64,000 nucleotides of DNA from Octopus bimaculoides (taxonomy: Eukaryota). The translations under genes and the position numbers were made by a program. Where the stretch lies: the NCBI RefSeq assembly GCF_001194135.2, contig NC_068989.1:10688358-10752357 (forward strand), read 5' to 3'. The notes beneath the pieces were generated by a model. The model was not told the origin of the DNA. It made no database searches and worked only from the letters and a program-made list of their open reading frames with translations. Below are positions 11,390 to 25,253 of this stretch, piece after piece (position 1 is the first letter of the stretch; each line of letters starts with the position of its first letter).

Positions 11390-11849
11390 AGCTGATCCTG
11401 GGAAATTCTACAAATGTTTTCTTTTCAAAAGCTGTTCTAATCTTATCACATATATATGTCTGTAATTTTATTCTTTTATATAATCAAATCTTTGCTCATT
11501 TAAGATATTTAGGCGTTATAATGTCCAAAACACTTCCTTACTCTCCACTAATCTGAAGGTAGATAAAACTTGTTGATATCGAAGTTTATGTTCAATGTAA
11601 CTTATTGGTAGAAAGAAATAAATCGAAGGCATGTAACAAATTTTATTGTGAAATAAATTGACAAGAGCTCGACAGAGTGTGCATTCCAGTGTCAATGACG
11701 ATACACATTACAAGTGATATATTCGAGAAGAAAGATAAAGAAACGAGGGATATGGCGTTTTGTACACAAGTTATTGAGATAGCTTCTCATCACATCACCT
11801 TATGTTCCAAAATGTTTAATCTTTCATATTTTTCTATTACCTGTTATCG

Positions 11850-12150
11850 TCATTGGACAACGACCACACTGAGGCATTGACCTGAAGGATTTTGGTCCAG
11901 CTAAAGGGCTCAGTATTTATTACCGTGATGTTTATTTTGCCGGACCCTCAGTTACGAGGACATAAACAAAGCAACACCAATTGTCAAGCAATGGTGAGGC
12001 GAAACGCAGATACAAAGACACACATACATACATATACGATTGGCTTCAACACAGTTTTCCTCCACTAGATTTACTCACAAAACATTGGTCAGGCCAATAG
12101 TAGAAGACACTTGCTTAAGATGACGCGCGTAGAACTGAACCCAATAGTGT
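11850..12150 (-). mobile_element. SINE family A, degenerate copy
   Basis: Same head and tail modules as 10500-10945, with a short internal (CATA) repeat. Confidence 0.6.
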
Positions 12151-12673
12151 ATTCTTGTTGAGAAAACCTTTCTACCAATTCCTTATTTAATTAGTGAGGG
12201 AGTATTAACATCCCAGGTTAATTATATACTCACAAGTGTTGGTTGTGAATCTTCGTAAAAAATAGATTTTGCTAAAGTCACAGAGAGATCAAAACTCAGT
12301 TTCATTGGTCGCGATTGACTTTTCAGGAATGACTGCATAAAAATGAAATTGCCGCTGTGTCTCTCTGCGGCATTATATTGGATGGTTTTGTTTCGAAATA
12401 AGCCAAAAGTTTTTGAGCTGAATGAAAGTGAAAAAAGAACAAAAAACAAAACAAGAAAATGCAAAGAAAATTTGCCATATAAACAGTGACAAAGATAAGT
12501 ACCTGATATTGTTTGAGTCAACCAAATAGAGTTGCAAAAATAGGACATCTTATCAATCCATTTAATCATCAGTGAGTCATGTAAAGTTGAGTTGATTTTA
12601 CCTCGTTTACAATTTAGAAATCGTGAAAGTATTGAATTTTTTATAGATCTAATCTATCTATCTATCTATCTAT

Positions 12674-12775
<102 letters not shown>

Positions 12776-12789
12776 GTATGTATAGAGGA

Positions 12790-13500
12790 CTGCAATCAGA
12801 AACCACAACTTTCAAAAACAAACGTTGCAAAGCGTTTAGAGTGGAGTAAAAGCGTACAGAATTGGCCTCTAGAGCAGTGGAAGAATGCTATTTTTTTGGA
12901 CGTGTCATCCTTTACCTTATTTCCGGTCACCGGCCGAGTATACGTGTGGAGAGAACCAAAAGAAGAATTTGACCCAGACAGCCTTCTTCCAACTGTTAAG
13001 CATGGGGGAGGATCTGCGATGATCGGGGGGGGNNNNNNNNNNGGCAGAATTAATAGTCAAGACTGTTTAAGCATTTTATCTGATCAAATTCATCGTATGG
13101 TTGCAGAACTGTTTCCGGAGGGAAACGCAATCTTTCAGTATGATAATGCACCAATTCACACAGCTAAAGTTGTTACTGAATGGCACGAGGAACATTCTAG
13201 AGAAGTTGAACATCTTATCTGGCCACCACAGTCCCCAGATCTCAATATTATTGAACATTTATGGTGAATTTTAGAAAAAACAAGTAAGGAGTCGATATCC
13301 TCCACCATCATCACTACAAGAACTGGAGACTGTTTTCGCTGAAGAATGGACAAAAATTCCTTTGAAAACAATTCAAACTTTGTACGAGTGCATACCTTGT
13401 AGAATTCAAGCTGTAATTACTGCCAAAGGCAGTCCTACCCCATATTGAAATAAATTTGTTTGAAATTTTAAGGTGTTTCCATTATTTTGTCCAACCCCTG
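12790..13500 (+). mobile_element. Tc1-like (DD34E) transposon relic, 3' half with right TIR
   Basis: SSFTLFP.TGRVYVWREPKE.FDP..LLPTVKHGGGS...FQYDNAPIHTA...WPPQSPDLNIIEHLW; ends ttttgtccaacccctg followed by TA. Confidence 0.85.
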
Positions 13501-13916
13501 TACATACGTACATATATTTCAATAGTTTATAACCCGTTAATTATAATTTCTTTTCCTATAATCTAATATGCATAATTTCTCTAAAAAAAAATTTGGGCAT
13601 ATTTAATAGATAGATAACAAATTGTCGTGAATACTATGTTTGTTTTTATTATGTCGTTATCTTTTTGTGTCATTAAAAACTTGAATACTAAACTGGCTTT
13701 TCTTAACGTTATTTTTGCATGGATTCATTTATTAGATATATTTTCTTAGTTCACTTTGAATTTAACCCATTTTAGACTGCCTTGATAATATTATGTTAGG
13801 AGTGGTATTTTATACTTTTTTTCTATATCTAAATATGTTGGCATGCAAGAACGATCGTCGGTAATGTATGGTATAAACACCAATTAAAAATGTGATTTTC
13901 TCCACTCTTATTCTTG

Positions 13917-13960
<44 letters not shown>

Positions 13961-14619
13961 GCATGCATACACATATGTATGTGTATACACACACACGTAT
14001 ATTTATTTATTTATGTGTTTCAGCCAAGTGGCTGCGGTCACACATACATATATGTATATGTATATATGAATATACATTCATATGTATATATCTATATAAT
14101 ACGTATGTGTATATGTATATATATGTATTATGCATATGTATGTATATATATATATATATNNNNNNNNNNNNNNNNNNNNNNNNNNNNNNNNNNNNNNNNN
14201 NNNNNNNNNNNNNNNNNNNNNNNNNNNNNNNNNNNNNNNNNNNNNNNNNNNNNNNNNNNNNNNNNNNNNNNNNNNNNNNNNNNNNNNNNNNNNNNNNNNN
14301 NNNNNNNNNNNNNNNNNNGTGTGTGTGTGTATGTTTAATGGAGAGGACAGGTCTGGAATAACAAAGGAAACAAACAACTTGGAACTAAAGAAATTTAGCG
14401 AGAAAGGAATACATAGAGGCGAGTGGGAAAGATTTTTGTATCGTCGCTAGGCCAGCCTGGCAAACAAAGATACTCCCACGGTGACTTTTTTTTATTAAGT
14501 AGTACATTGATCAAGATGTATTCTTTTTAAGACGGTACACCGTAGCTTGAGGCATTTTGACTGCTATTTCTAGCAGGTCCAGTGACCTAGAAGCAGCTTT
14601 TTTTTCGGCTTGAGAATTT

Positions 14620-14880
14620 CGTTCTAAATTCACGCCCAAATAGGGGGAAATGCATGTGTAAACTGGAAGGGTACATGCAACCGCTTTTCTAACAAGGAGA
14701 CAAATGAGAGAGGAATTGAGGTTATTTGAATTCTTTACAGCTCAAACCGACAAACACTTTCGCACCCCATAAACTCTCCCGGCGATCGACGTGGCACAGC
14801 CCTAATGGCTATCTAAATCTCCAAGGTTTGGAGGTACGAAAAATATGGAAGGCATCTTTCCTCGCTGGTCTAACATGTAA
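14620..14880 (+). mobile_element. RTE-like LINE AP-endonuclease fragment, degraded
   Basis: Frameshifted FHAQIG...WKG.C.RF...TNERG.RL.EF...NTF.PHKLSRRSTWHSPNG. Confidence 0.6.
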
Positions 14881-16639
14881 AGTGACAAAAAAGCATTTCT
14901 CTCTGACAGTAATTTCCCTGAAGTAAAATAGAGATTTGGGTATTTATACAAATAAATTAAACTCAAAATTCATTGCAGAACAAAAGCTGATTGTGTCTCA
15001 AAGTTGAATAGTACGAATGCTTCGTAAGAGAACTTGGTAGACGGAAACTGTGTGGAAGCCCATATATATGCATGTATATATATATTATATGTGTGTGTGT
15101 GTGCGTGCGTGTGTGTGTATACGCGTATATCTTTGTGTTTGTCCCCCACCCTTATCACCGCTTGACAACTGGCATTGGCTTCTCTACATGTCTGTAGGTT
15201 CGACAAAAGACACGAACAGCAGCATGATTAGCAGATACTAAAAAAGCAAGTTCTAGGGTCGAGTTGTTCGACTAATCTCGTCAAGGCAATGCCACAACAT
15301 GGCCGCTGCCCAACAACTGAAACAAGTAAAACAAAGCTAAAAACTTTTTGATCATCTTTTAAATTTGGTTTCATTTATAGGTTCATTGCTGTAGATCAGT
15401 CCACCATCAATAAAAAAAAGAAAAGAAAAAGAAAAACACATGCTAATTCCTTGTATATTTCCTATTCAATCAATCATTCTCGCATAATAGAAGTGATCAA
15501 CGAAGTAATCTAACTGCCACTCAGTTTATTGTTAAATTTGCACTACATCTCTGGTCATAGAACCGCAGCTGACTAAATCAAAAGGATGCCATATCTCGAT
15601 CTCGAAAGTCGTACATGAGTATTTCTCGGCTCACTTTGCTTCTATCTAAAAGGTTCTATCATAGTCGCAATCGACCTGTTGATAATTACATTATCTTCAA
15701 AGCTGAGATCAAACGATTCAACACCTTCACTCTATTACATCCAGTGAGTTCGCTATCAATGGATTCTCTTTCATTTCTTATATTGTCAGATTAACTGCTA
15801 TTGGGACTAGACTATTTAGTTTACTTTCTATGGCCAATAACCACTCCAATGAGTTGTGATATCGCTGCTATTATACCAACCCAGTACAACATTAACTACT
15901 GCACTGCAATATGTACCAATATGCCTCCGTAACTTCCCCTGTTTTGTTTAATCAAGGGAAAAGTAGCGCTCACAACTATTTTTCAGGTCCTCCGAGGCTG
16001 GAGGAAGGGACGGGCTCTACAAGGGGAACCCGAATGATGGATGTTGGTGTTAAACGGAGCGAAGGATTGTTTACCATCCAAGTAGGCCACAGTAAAATTT
16101 TAAATCAAGACGGAAAAGCAGGATCAAGTATTATAAGGTATCTTGTATAACATTTTTATGATTCCGTCAACTCCTCGCTAATGGCTAGTATCTGAGTTAT
16201 CCAAGCGAGAAGGATCGATGAGCAAAGTCAACCTTGGCGTGATTGAGCATAAAACGTACGGAGCCACAATAAATACCACAAAGTATTTTACCTAACGTTT
16301 CTGCCTATTCGTTGCCTATATCTGTTGCTAATACTACAACTCTCTAAATGCTACTACGTTGATTCAGCTGTATCACAATGTCAGCAGTCCTTTCCGTATA
16401 AATTGATAAGAGAATTCGTAGCAGAGTTTCACAAATTCAGCTGCCATGAGGAGATAAATAATGTAATGTTAGATTGTTCTGGGCAATTGTATAGCGCAAT
16501 TACTGTACTGCGCAACGGTTTCTGAAAATAGCAATTATAGCAATTACTGGTTTGCTTGGATTCTTGATGACACCTTTTACTTCCTACTTGACAAGAGAAA
16601 AGATTAAAACCAAATGCGTTGAACATTATGACAATTTTA

Positions 16640-16875
16640 GAAACCACAAGTTCTAAATATTGGTTTCAAATTTTAGCTCAAGGCCAGCAAATTCTGGGAA
16701 GTGGGATAAGTCAATTATATCAATCCCAATGTTCAACTGGTATTTATTTCATCGGCACCGAAAGGATGAAAGACAAAGTCGACCTCGGCGAAATTTGAAC
16801 TTAGACCGTAATGACGGACGAAATATCGCTATGAATTTTTCCTGATTCGCTAACAATTCTTCCAGCTCACCATCT
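16640..16875 (-). mobile_element. SINE family B copy
   Basis: Matches the consensus gagttcaaattccgccgaggtcgactttgcctttcatcctttcggggtcgataaa..taagtaccagt seen in about 20 places in the window. Confidence 0.75.
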
Positions 16876-18099
16876 TACAATTTCCAAATATTGCAGTATC
16901 ATTGCTAAAAATAAAAAATTCTGGATACTAACGTTATTTTTGCCTTTCATGCTTCCAAGGTCTGTAAGGTAGATACTAGTTAAGTACCGAGATTAATATT
17001 TTCGACTGTTCTCCACTCCTTGAATTTCCCGACCATGTGATTTTGTAAAAGATAATAATAGCTCTTTTGTATGATACGCTTGGTTGCATTGGTAGCAGGT
17101 GAATATGCACATACCTTTGCCCTGCTTACAGGTGGGTTGTTTGTTCCAGAAACTTTTGAAGCTTCGCTAAACCAACAACGGACCTACACAAAACTTGTTA
17201 TATCAACTATCAATAGCTATCAAGCAATAGCATAAGAGTAAAGAATCTAGCCACAACTAAAGTAATACGTTAACACACCTATGCAATATCTATACACTTT
17301 ATTCATGTGTGTAAATTTAGGAAGTTATTAGCAGTTATTCGTTTATATCTGAAATTCCTATTTTTCTATGCAATCTCTTTGAACTGTTTCATAATTCAAG
17401 ACAGGTTGAAATAATTTCGAACCACTTATAGCAATTGAATGGCCTTGGCAAAACCGTATCACATTTCCCATTTTGACCACTCCTTAAAACAAGCTACTTT
17501 TAAAAATTTTTTGTTTGGCTTCGGCAAAAACAAATAAATATATTCATTTTTCAGATCATGGAGCAATCTGCATTTGATAAAAAGAAATATTAGCATAAAT
17601 TTCCTGTATAGGAAAATAACTCACATACCTACAAACACTTTTCTGTGCGTGCACTCATACACGGACGCACACACGTAATCAAAAACATTCTAAATAGCTT
17701 AATTTCCAAGCTGAAAGCATTTCACTTCAACTAGACAAATAACAAGCCTTTGAGAAAAGTATGACAGATCATTAATCACACTTGTTTCTTCTCTATCTCA
17801 ATAATAAAGGATATTTATTTCAAGCTTTAAAATAACCTGTTTTATTTCATTGTCCGTCCTGTTGATTGGAAATTATATCTCAGTCTAGTGGCATTCTAAA
17901 ATTATCACTGTTGTTGTTTGGTTTAGTGTCGAGAAGACCTTTGCCCAGAGTCACTCCAGCTATGATTCTTCAGTGATTTTGGAGGTGGGCAGGGATGGAG
18001 ATTATTTTGGTTACCTTATTTAATGTGTCATTTCCCTTTTTTATGATGTCGGTGTTGTGATTTAAGGGAAATTTGACTGCTATTCTCTGCATATCGAGC

Positions 18100-18935
18100 T
18101 AATCCTTATAGAAGTAACAAGAGGCGTACAGTTGAAACTAGAGAAGCAATAAGTGATGTTGTGGTGGAATGACATATATATACTTCAATGAGCGAAAGTG
18201 AGAACTTAGCCTTCTTCAATACACAATAACTATACGCATCAAGGAACTCACAAATACTCAACGTCACAATCTTTGATGACCTACCATCATGATCTGACTT
18301 AATATATTTAACATTGATGAAATTGCTCCACAGACGTAGATTCCTTCTCAGAGCGCATCCCATACAAATATCTAACCTCTGTCTAAGCTTACGTAAGATC
18401 TACCGGAACTGGCAGAAGAACTTCAAGTTAGCCAGAAAACTGCCTGCAACCATTTGCATGCGACCGGAAAACCAAAAAAGTTCGACAAATGAGCACCACA
18501 CGATTTGAATGAAAATCAGAAAATGCGCAGATATGAAATTTGCTCTTCTCCTCTTCTCCGTAACCAGACCGATCCATTTCTCGACCGTATTGTAACTTGC
18601 GATGGAAAGTGGATTCTATACAATAATAAAAGACGTCCTTCGCAGTAGTTGGACCAAAACGAAGGACCGAAAACCTTCCCTAAACGCGAGCTCTTCAAAA
18701 AAAGGCAACGCTGACTGTTTGGTAGTGTACTGTTGGGATCATCCACTATAACTTCTTAAAACCTGGAAAAACCATTACTGCAGGAACATACCGGAATAAA
18801 CAAACTTGTAACTCGTAGGCAAAAATGTGTTGATTGTAATGGTACTTACTTTCATGAATAAAATTACCGCATTGTTGAAATATATTGTGATGAATTTTAT
18901 TTTTCAAAACGTTGCTTACTTTTTACTCAGCCTGA
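18100..18935 (+). mobile_element. Mariner (DD34D) relic, internally deleted, right TIR retained
   Basis: DPFLDRIVTCDGKWILY...GIIHYNFLKPGKTITA joined directly to the C-terminal LVTRRQKCVDCNGTYF; ends gcttactttttactcagcctga + TA. Confidence 0.8.
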
Positions 18936-19087
18936 TACAATGGATTCATTTTGTCCGACGCTCTGACAATTTTTCTAATTCACCACATTAGACTAGTCTT
19001 TTATTTTATCCAATCTGGATACCGTAACGTACTTAATCTGACACTCTAATGATTCTCCAGGTTCTCCACCATCATATTATAGTAATA

Positions 19088-19250
19088 TGCAGGCGTGACT
19101 GTGTGGTAAGAAGTTTGGTTCTCAACCATATGATTCCAGGTTCAATCCCACTGCGTTGTACCTTGGGTAAGTGCCTTCTACTATAGCCTCGGGATGACCA
19201 AGGCCTTGTGAGTGGATTTGGCAGACGGAAACTGAAAGAAGCTCGTCGTA
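19088..19250 (+). mobile_element. SINE family A head
   Basis: gcaggcgtgactgtgtggtaagaag...ggttcaatcccactgcg...gaaactgaaagaagctcgtcg. Confidence 0.8.
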
Positions 19251-19255
19251 ATATA

Positions 19256-19990
19256 CAGGGTGCGATGGGGTATTTGAGAACATTTCGTTTTTAGTTCATT
19301 ACACCTTCAAATAATTTAAAGTGTTATTTTTTTTTCAGATAACCCTTTCAAGATATGCTAACTCAAGAAATGAAAAGACAAGCAGTCATAGTTGCTATAC
19401 ATGCAAACCACAATGATTTAAAAATTAGCAACTTTCCAAATGTTGCAAGATCATTTGTACACAAAGTTCTGTTGGAACTGGAGGAATGTGATGGCAATAT
19501 TTCACCTGTATCAAAAAGGAAACAAAATCATTCACAACGCTCAGACACTAAAAGGACACCAGAATTTATACAACATGTTTAACACATTATCGATGAAAAC
19601 CCCAGAAGATTAATGAGTAGTCCATTGCTAAAATACTTCGGGTGTCAGAGTGGACTCTCAGAACTGTGGTACATCGTGACATTCGATACGAGTCCTATGT
19701 AATGAGGAAAGGCCAATTCGTGTTTGCAAAGACACAAGAAAACTGTCTCATCCGTTCAAAATGGTTACTTAACAAAGTGTAAAACCCTCATGAACAAGGT
19801 ATGCTTTGGTTTTTCTCTGACGAAAAAAGCTTTGGCCATGTTCAAAATTCCAACAGAAGAAATGACAGGTGTTTATGTGCAGATCCTTATGAATTACCCA
19901 GAATAATGCACACGAAATTTCCAGCAACTGCCATGGTTTTAGGAATCGTGAATAGCGAAGATCATGTGATGCCTCTCCACTTTTTTCCTT
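19256..19990 (+). mobile_element. maT/DD37D-like Tc1-mariner transposon, 5' part, degraded
   Basis: TA|cagggtgcg start; MLTQEMKRQAVIVAI...RSDTKRTPEFI...LWFFSDEK...RRNDR.LCADP...MHTKFPATAMVLGIV..E.HVMPLHFFP. Confidence 0.75.
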
Positions 19991-20156
19991 GATCAAAATA
20001 AGCAATGAAGTAGTAATGCAGTACGAGGTGTGCGGATAATACCGAACTGATTGGGTGCTTCAAGTTAAGTACTTAATTCAACTGAGCTTTAATTATATAT
20101 ATATATATATATATATAAACTTATACATCCATTTGTTGTTTACACCACCTGTCTTC

Positions 20157-20239
<83 letters not shown>

Positions 20240-20655
20240 NNNNNNNNNNNNNNNNNNNNNNNNNNNNNNNNNNNNNNNNNNNNNNNNNNNNNNNNNNNNN
20301 NNNNNNNNNNNNNNNNNNNNNNNNNNNNNNNNNNNNNNNNNNNNNNNNNNNNNNNNNNNNNNNNNNNNNNNNNNNNNNNNNNNNNNNNNNNNNNNNNNNN
20401 NNNNNNNNNNNNNNNNNNNNNNNNNNNNNNNNNNNNNNNNNNNNNNNNNNNNNNNNNNNNNNNNNNNNNNNNNNNNNNNNNNNNNNNNNNNNNNNNNNNN
20501 NNNNNNNNNNNNNNNNNNNNNNNNNNNNNNNNNNNNNNNNNNNNNNNNNNNNNNNNNNNNNNNNNNNNNNNNNNNNNNNNNNNNNNNNNNNNNNNNNNNN
20601 NNNNNNNNNNNNNNNNNNNNNNNNNNNNNNNNNNNNNNNNNNNNNNNNNNNNNNN

Positions 20656-20700
<45 letters not shown>

Positions 20701-22504
20701 CTTATCTATTCATGCATACTTTATGCTTGCATATATAAAGTTGTGCAATAAATAAAACACACACTCTCTCTCTCCCTCTCTCCCACATACACACACTACC
20801 TCCTCTCCCCCCTCTCTCTCTGTCTCTCTGACATAGACATACTCATACACTTAAGCAACGATTTAAATAAAAGTGGTATAAAAAAAGCGCATTTTAAGTA
20901 TTGGTGGCGCACCTCAGATAAAAGCAACAACAATGACCTCAAAGTTTTTCTTTCTTATACTTTATTCATAGTTTCTGTCCTCTATACACATATTTTAACG
21001 TTCTCCGAACTGTGACAAATCGAACTGAACAGCAAACCAACTAATATCCTTGTTGATTTCTACGAACCAATGAAAAAAAAACAGATATGAATGGTATGTA
21101 AGGGGATTGAAGACAACAAAGAAAACAGTAATAAACATATTAAAACATGTCTGGTTCTTTTCTATATTATATACATGTGTGTGTTAGTGCGCGCGTGTGT
21201 GTATGTGTGCGTGTGCGTGTTGGCATGCATGTATAGGTCGAGTGATCTGATGTGTCATAACTAGAAAAACATGAGAGATGAAACATGAAACGTATATTAT
21301 ATCTGCTTATCAATGATGAATGATATTTACTTTGAAAAAAATCCATTTCAAAACAAATTTTTCGTTACTGGATTGATAAGTTTTGACAGAAACAAAATTC
21401 TTATATAGTCCTCTTTTACCCTAATAGAACTGTGTGGTTAAAAAGGTTTCACAATGTTTTTAAAATCATTCAAACATTTGTTATACTTCCTGTTATATTT
21501 TATCAGTTCTCTATTTGGTTTTTCGAGGGTTAGACAATTAATTAAAAATAATCTTTCATATAGAATATATCCAAACTTACTTCACAATTCAAACTACAAA
21601 AAGGTCCGAAAACTATAACAAACTAGATAGATTATTATAGATGGGTAAAAATATTTCCGATTTTTTTTCCATAGGACACAAATTTCACTTGACACGAATT
21701 AAAATTTTTAATGGAAGTAGTGATAGTTAGACAGATATTGAGTTCATCAGTAACATTCGTCAAACTGGTTTTAATTTTTCGCCTTGCAAGACTATATGAT
21801 AATAGGCTTATTAGTATTTTCTTCAACATAGAAAATATAGTACTTATTGATTAGATCTAATATTGATTTTATCTCTACGCTCACTATCGTTTGGTAAGGT
21901 GGGGTGGGCATATTCGACTGATTCGAATTGAGTGTATTACAGCTAGTATTTCATTAACATCTGGAAAGATGAAGCAATGCTCGACGTATGAGCGATTTGA
22001 ACGTGGAACCTATAGCGCCGAAAGTAATTTCTGTAATCCAATGCTCTTCTCTTTCATCCATATCTATCACCCCTCACTATATCTAATATTGATTTATTTT
22101 TACTCGACTCATGGTTTCATCTTTTGAGAAAGAGAAAGAAATAGTATAGTTGATTATAATTTCTGCTTAATATTGGTCTCTAATTTTGGTACAAAGCCAG
22201 TAATTTCGAGGTAGGAATTAAGAGGTTTGATCTCAGAACGTAAGGACTGAGGAAATACAGCTAAGCATTTTGCCTCGCGCGCTAACGATTCTGTCAGCTC
22301 GCAGCCCTAAATTTTTGCATAACATTGATGATATTTATTTTATCGATTCTGATGAAATAGATTCCTTAATGCTTCCATTCCGGTATTTAGATGTGTCGGT
22401 CACCTCCACTGCCTTCATTTTCTTAAAGACTTAGACCACGCTGATCTCTAAAATAAGTTTAAAGTTATTCTTGGCTTCAGATAATTCTAACAGTCCTTTA
22501 TCCA

Positions 22505-22552
<48 letters not shown>

Positions 22553-23044
22553 CGTGTTTGTAAAACGGAGTTTCGTATCGTGCAAGACTTATATGAAAAA
22601 TAGTTTGTATTTTCACTCATCTAAAACGCATCATAAGTTCTAAAGCTCCAGTTACACGAAATTAACCTCTAATTTCTACAACCCAAAGGTGTTATTCATA
22701 CCAAAAGAAACATTAAAATTCAGAGATCATATTTACAATGTAACTCGTTCTTTTTCTACAATTATCTAGAATGACTCACAGTTTACCATTATTGAAATAA
22801 CCTCTGATTCACAGTGTAGTCATAATGATGAACTTGTAACAAATAGGGCAACGTAATCGGCCATTTTGCATTATCAATAGACTGAGTAAGTTTCAGGCTT
22901 TGCATTTTGAGTACTTCTTTTTATGAGTGTTTCTTATTAGCAGTTCGTTAATATTGCACGTAGTTCAACATTGTTCATTTTGTTCTTGATCTTCGCTGCT
23001 GTTCGATATTGTTTGTTGAGCATGTTAATTCTAATCAATCCTTT

Positions 23045-23257
23045 CGATTATAGGTACAAGGCCTGAAATTTTGCGAGGAGGGATTTATTCGATTACGTAA
23101 AACCTCAGAGCTCAACTGGTACTTATTCTATCGACCCTGAAAGGATGAAAGGTAAGGTTTACCTCGGTAGCATTTGAAATCAGAATGCAAAGCTGGAAGG
23201 AATGCTGCTAAGCATTTTGTCCGGCGCGATAACGATTCAACCAACTCGCTGCCTTCT
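23045..23257 (-). mobile_element. SINE family B copy
   Basis: Full head-to-tail match to family B. Confidence 0.75.
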
Positions 23258-23489
23258 TAATCCTAATCAATAATAATGCAATGTGTAAATATATCTGATA
23301 GAGGATGCATGCTCCTTCTCCTCCATTTGAAATCTGTGCACAATATCTAAGCAAGAAAACAACAGATATGAGAATTACGACAGGGAAGTATCAAAATAGA
23401 TATTTCCGTTGTTTAACGAAAGTATTTCACAATGCTGGAATTTATGAGCCCTTATGACCAATGAAGAAAGGATTATTATTATTATTGTT

Positions 23490-24020
23490 CAGTAGTTTTA
23501 TTTTTATAACGTGCTTTCACTTCACTACCGAGCGCAGCTCTGTGCGCCTTGGGTATGTGCTGTGGTTTGCTGTGGTGCTCTTATGTTTACTGTATTGAAA
23601 GTGTTTTGCGTAGAATGTGTGCAGTACCCAGTAGTGCAATTTTCTGTATGTTATATATATTTGTAAGTCCTGGTGTTTTTGTTATGTATTTGTCTGAATA
23701 TTTTTTTATTATACCTAAGACACCTACTATGATAGGAATTGTTTCTGTTTTTAGATTCCACATTCGAGTNNNNNNNNNNTGCTGTGGTGCTCTTATGTTT
23801 ACTGTATTGAAAGTGTTTTGCGTAGAATGTGTGCAGTACCCAGTAGTGCAATTTTCTGTATGTTATATATATTTGTAAGTCCTGGTGTTTTTGTTATGTA
23901 TTTGTCTGAATATTTTTTTATTATACCTAAGACACCTACTATGATAGGAATTGTTTCTGTTTTTAGATTCCACATTCGAGTTATCTCTATTTCCAGGTCT
24001 TTGTATTTTGAAAGTTTTTC

Positions 24021-24022
<2 letters not shown>
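23490..24022 (-). mobile_element. R4/Dong-like LINE 3' fragment flanked by (TAA)n
   Basis: [32 protein letters not shown]...[19 protein letters not shown] (REL C-terminus) plus 3' UTR; internal duplication across a 10-N gap. Confidence 0.85.
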
Positions 24023-24077
<55 letters not shown>

Positions 24078-24771
24078 ATGATTAAGAAAATAAAAGTCAC
24101 CATAATGATCATAAGCTATCATAATTATCGTCATCATTGTCGTCGTCATCACCTTCATCTAAATGAAGTCTAAAACTAGGAGGAATATATTAAAGTTGGA
24201 CAAAAACCTATCATTCTTAATATATTTAGTTTCTAATGATTAACAGGTAGTGGCTACACTTACTGAAGTTTATCTTCAATGTATGATGACTCATTCTTTT
24301 CAAGTGTATAACAGAAATATATGTATATGTACATGCATATCCATCCATCTATCCATCTATCCATCTATCCATGAATGCATTTATCCATTTATCTGCCCGT
24401 GTGTCCATCCATCCGTCTATCTGTATGTCTAGATATCTATTCATCTCTCTCGCAGTTTGTGAGTATTCATGTGTATGCATTGGAGTGTATGTGCGATATG
24501 TGCATAAATGCGTGTATGTGTGTGTATGTATGTGTGTATGTGTGTGTATGTATATGTACGTGTGTATATGTGTGTAGTGTGTGCACATATGATAATCGAT
24601 TTGGATTTCACGTTGTAGCTCATAACATTTCTAAATCATTTGAAAATCACTGTCACTTTTTTTAATCTCTGTAATATACATACATGCAATTTGGACAATT
24701 TTCAATGCCGTTGCATTTATATTCGTTTCTCTCTGTTAATGTTTCTTTTTCTTCATTTACTATTATTAATA

Positions 24772-24823
<52 letters not shown>

Positions 24824-25229
24824 GTTATTATTATTATTATTATTATATTATTATTATTATTATTATTATTATTGAGTGAGAGAGCGGAGTAGTAGTAGCA
24901 GTAGTAGTAGTAGTTGTAGTAGTGTCATCGTCGTCGTTGTTGTCCTTGTTTCTCTTTCTCTTCTAGTTAGTTTTTATATGAGTGTGTGGTAGTTTCATTT
25001 GAAACTCAACTCCACGTCTGACAGGACGTATCGTTTTGTTTTTCCCTACAGGAGTTCATATAGAAAATTGGTGATATAAGATTGAAAAAAAAAATATAAC
25101 AAATAAAAACGAATATCTGCAACATATCGAGACATGAAAGTTGTCATCCGATGGTTATCATCGAGAATAAAATGTCTGCAGACCAATGATGTGTCAATTT
25201 TTTTTTTTGTTTTGGAACACCGTTTTCTC

Positions 25230-25253
25230 TCAAAATGCTGTCCAATGACTGGT
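25230..25253 (-). CDS. SLC6 transporter, terminal coding exon (DAT exon 15 equivalent)
   Basis: Strong polypyrimidine acceptor cttttcattatcatttcag|; TSHWTAF*; 24 nt, the same length as the human DAT last coding exon (LRHWLKV*). Confidence 0.75.
   Translation of the reverse strand, partial: TSHWTAF

Noticed and set aside
15560-16140. Possible CR1/L2 LINE 3' remnant (minus)
   Set aside because: Only faint motif echoes across many stops and frameshifts; cannot be supported by eye.
23540-23980. Tandem duplication within the R4 fragment
   Set aside because: Identical copies separated by a 10-N gap; assembly artefact.
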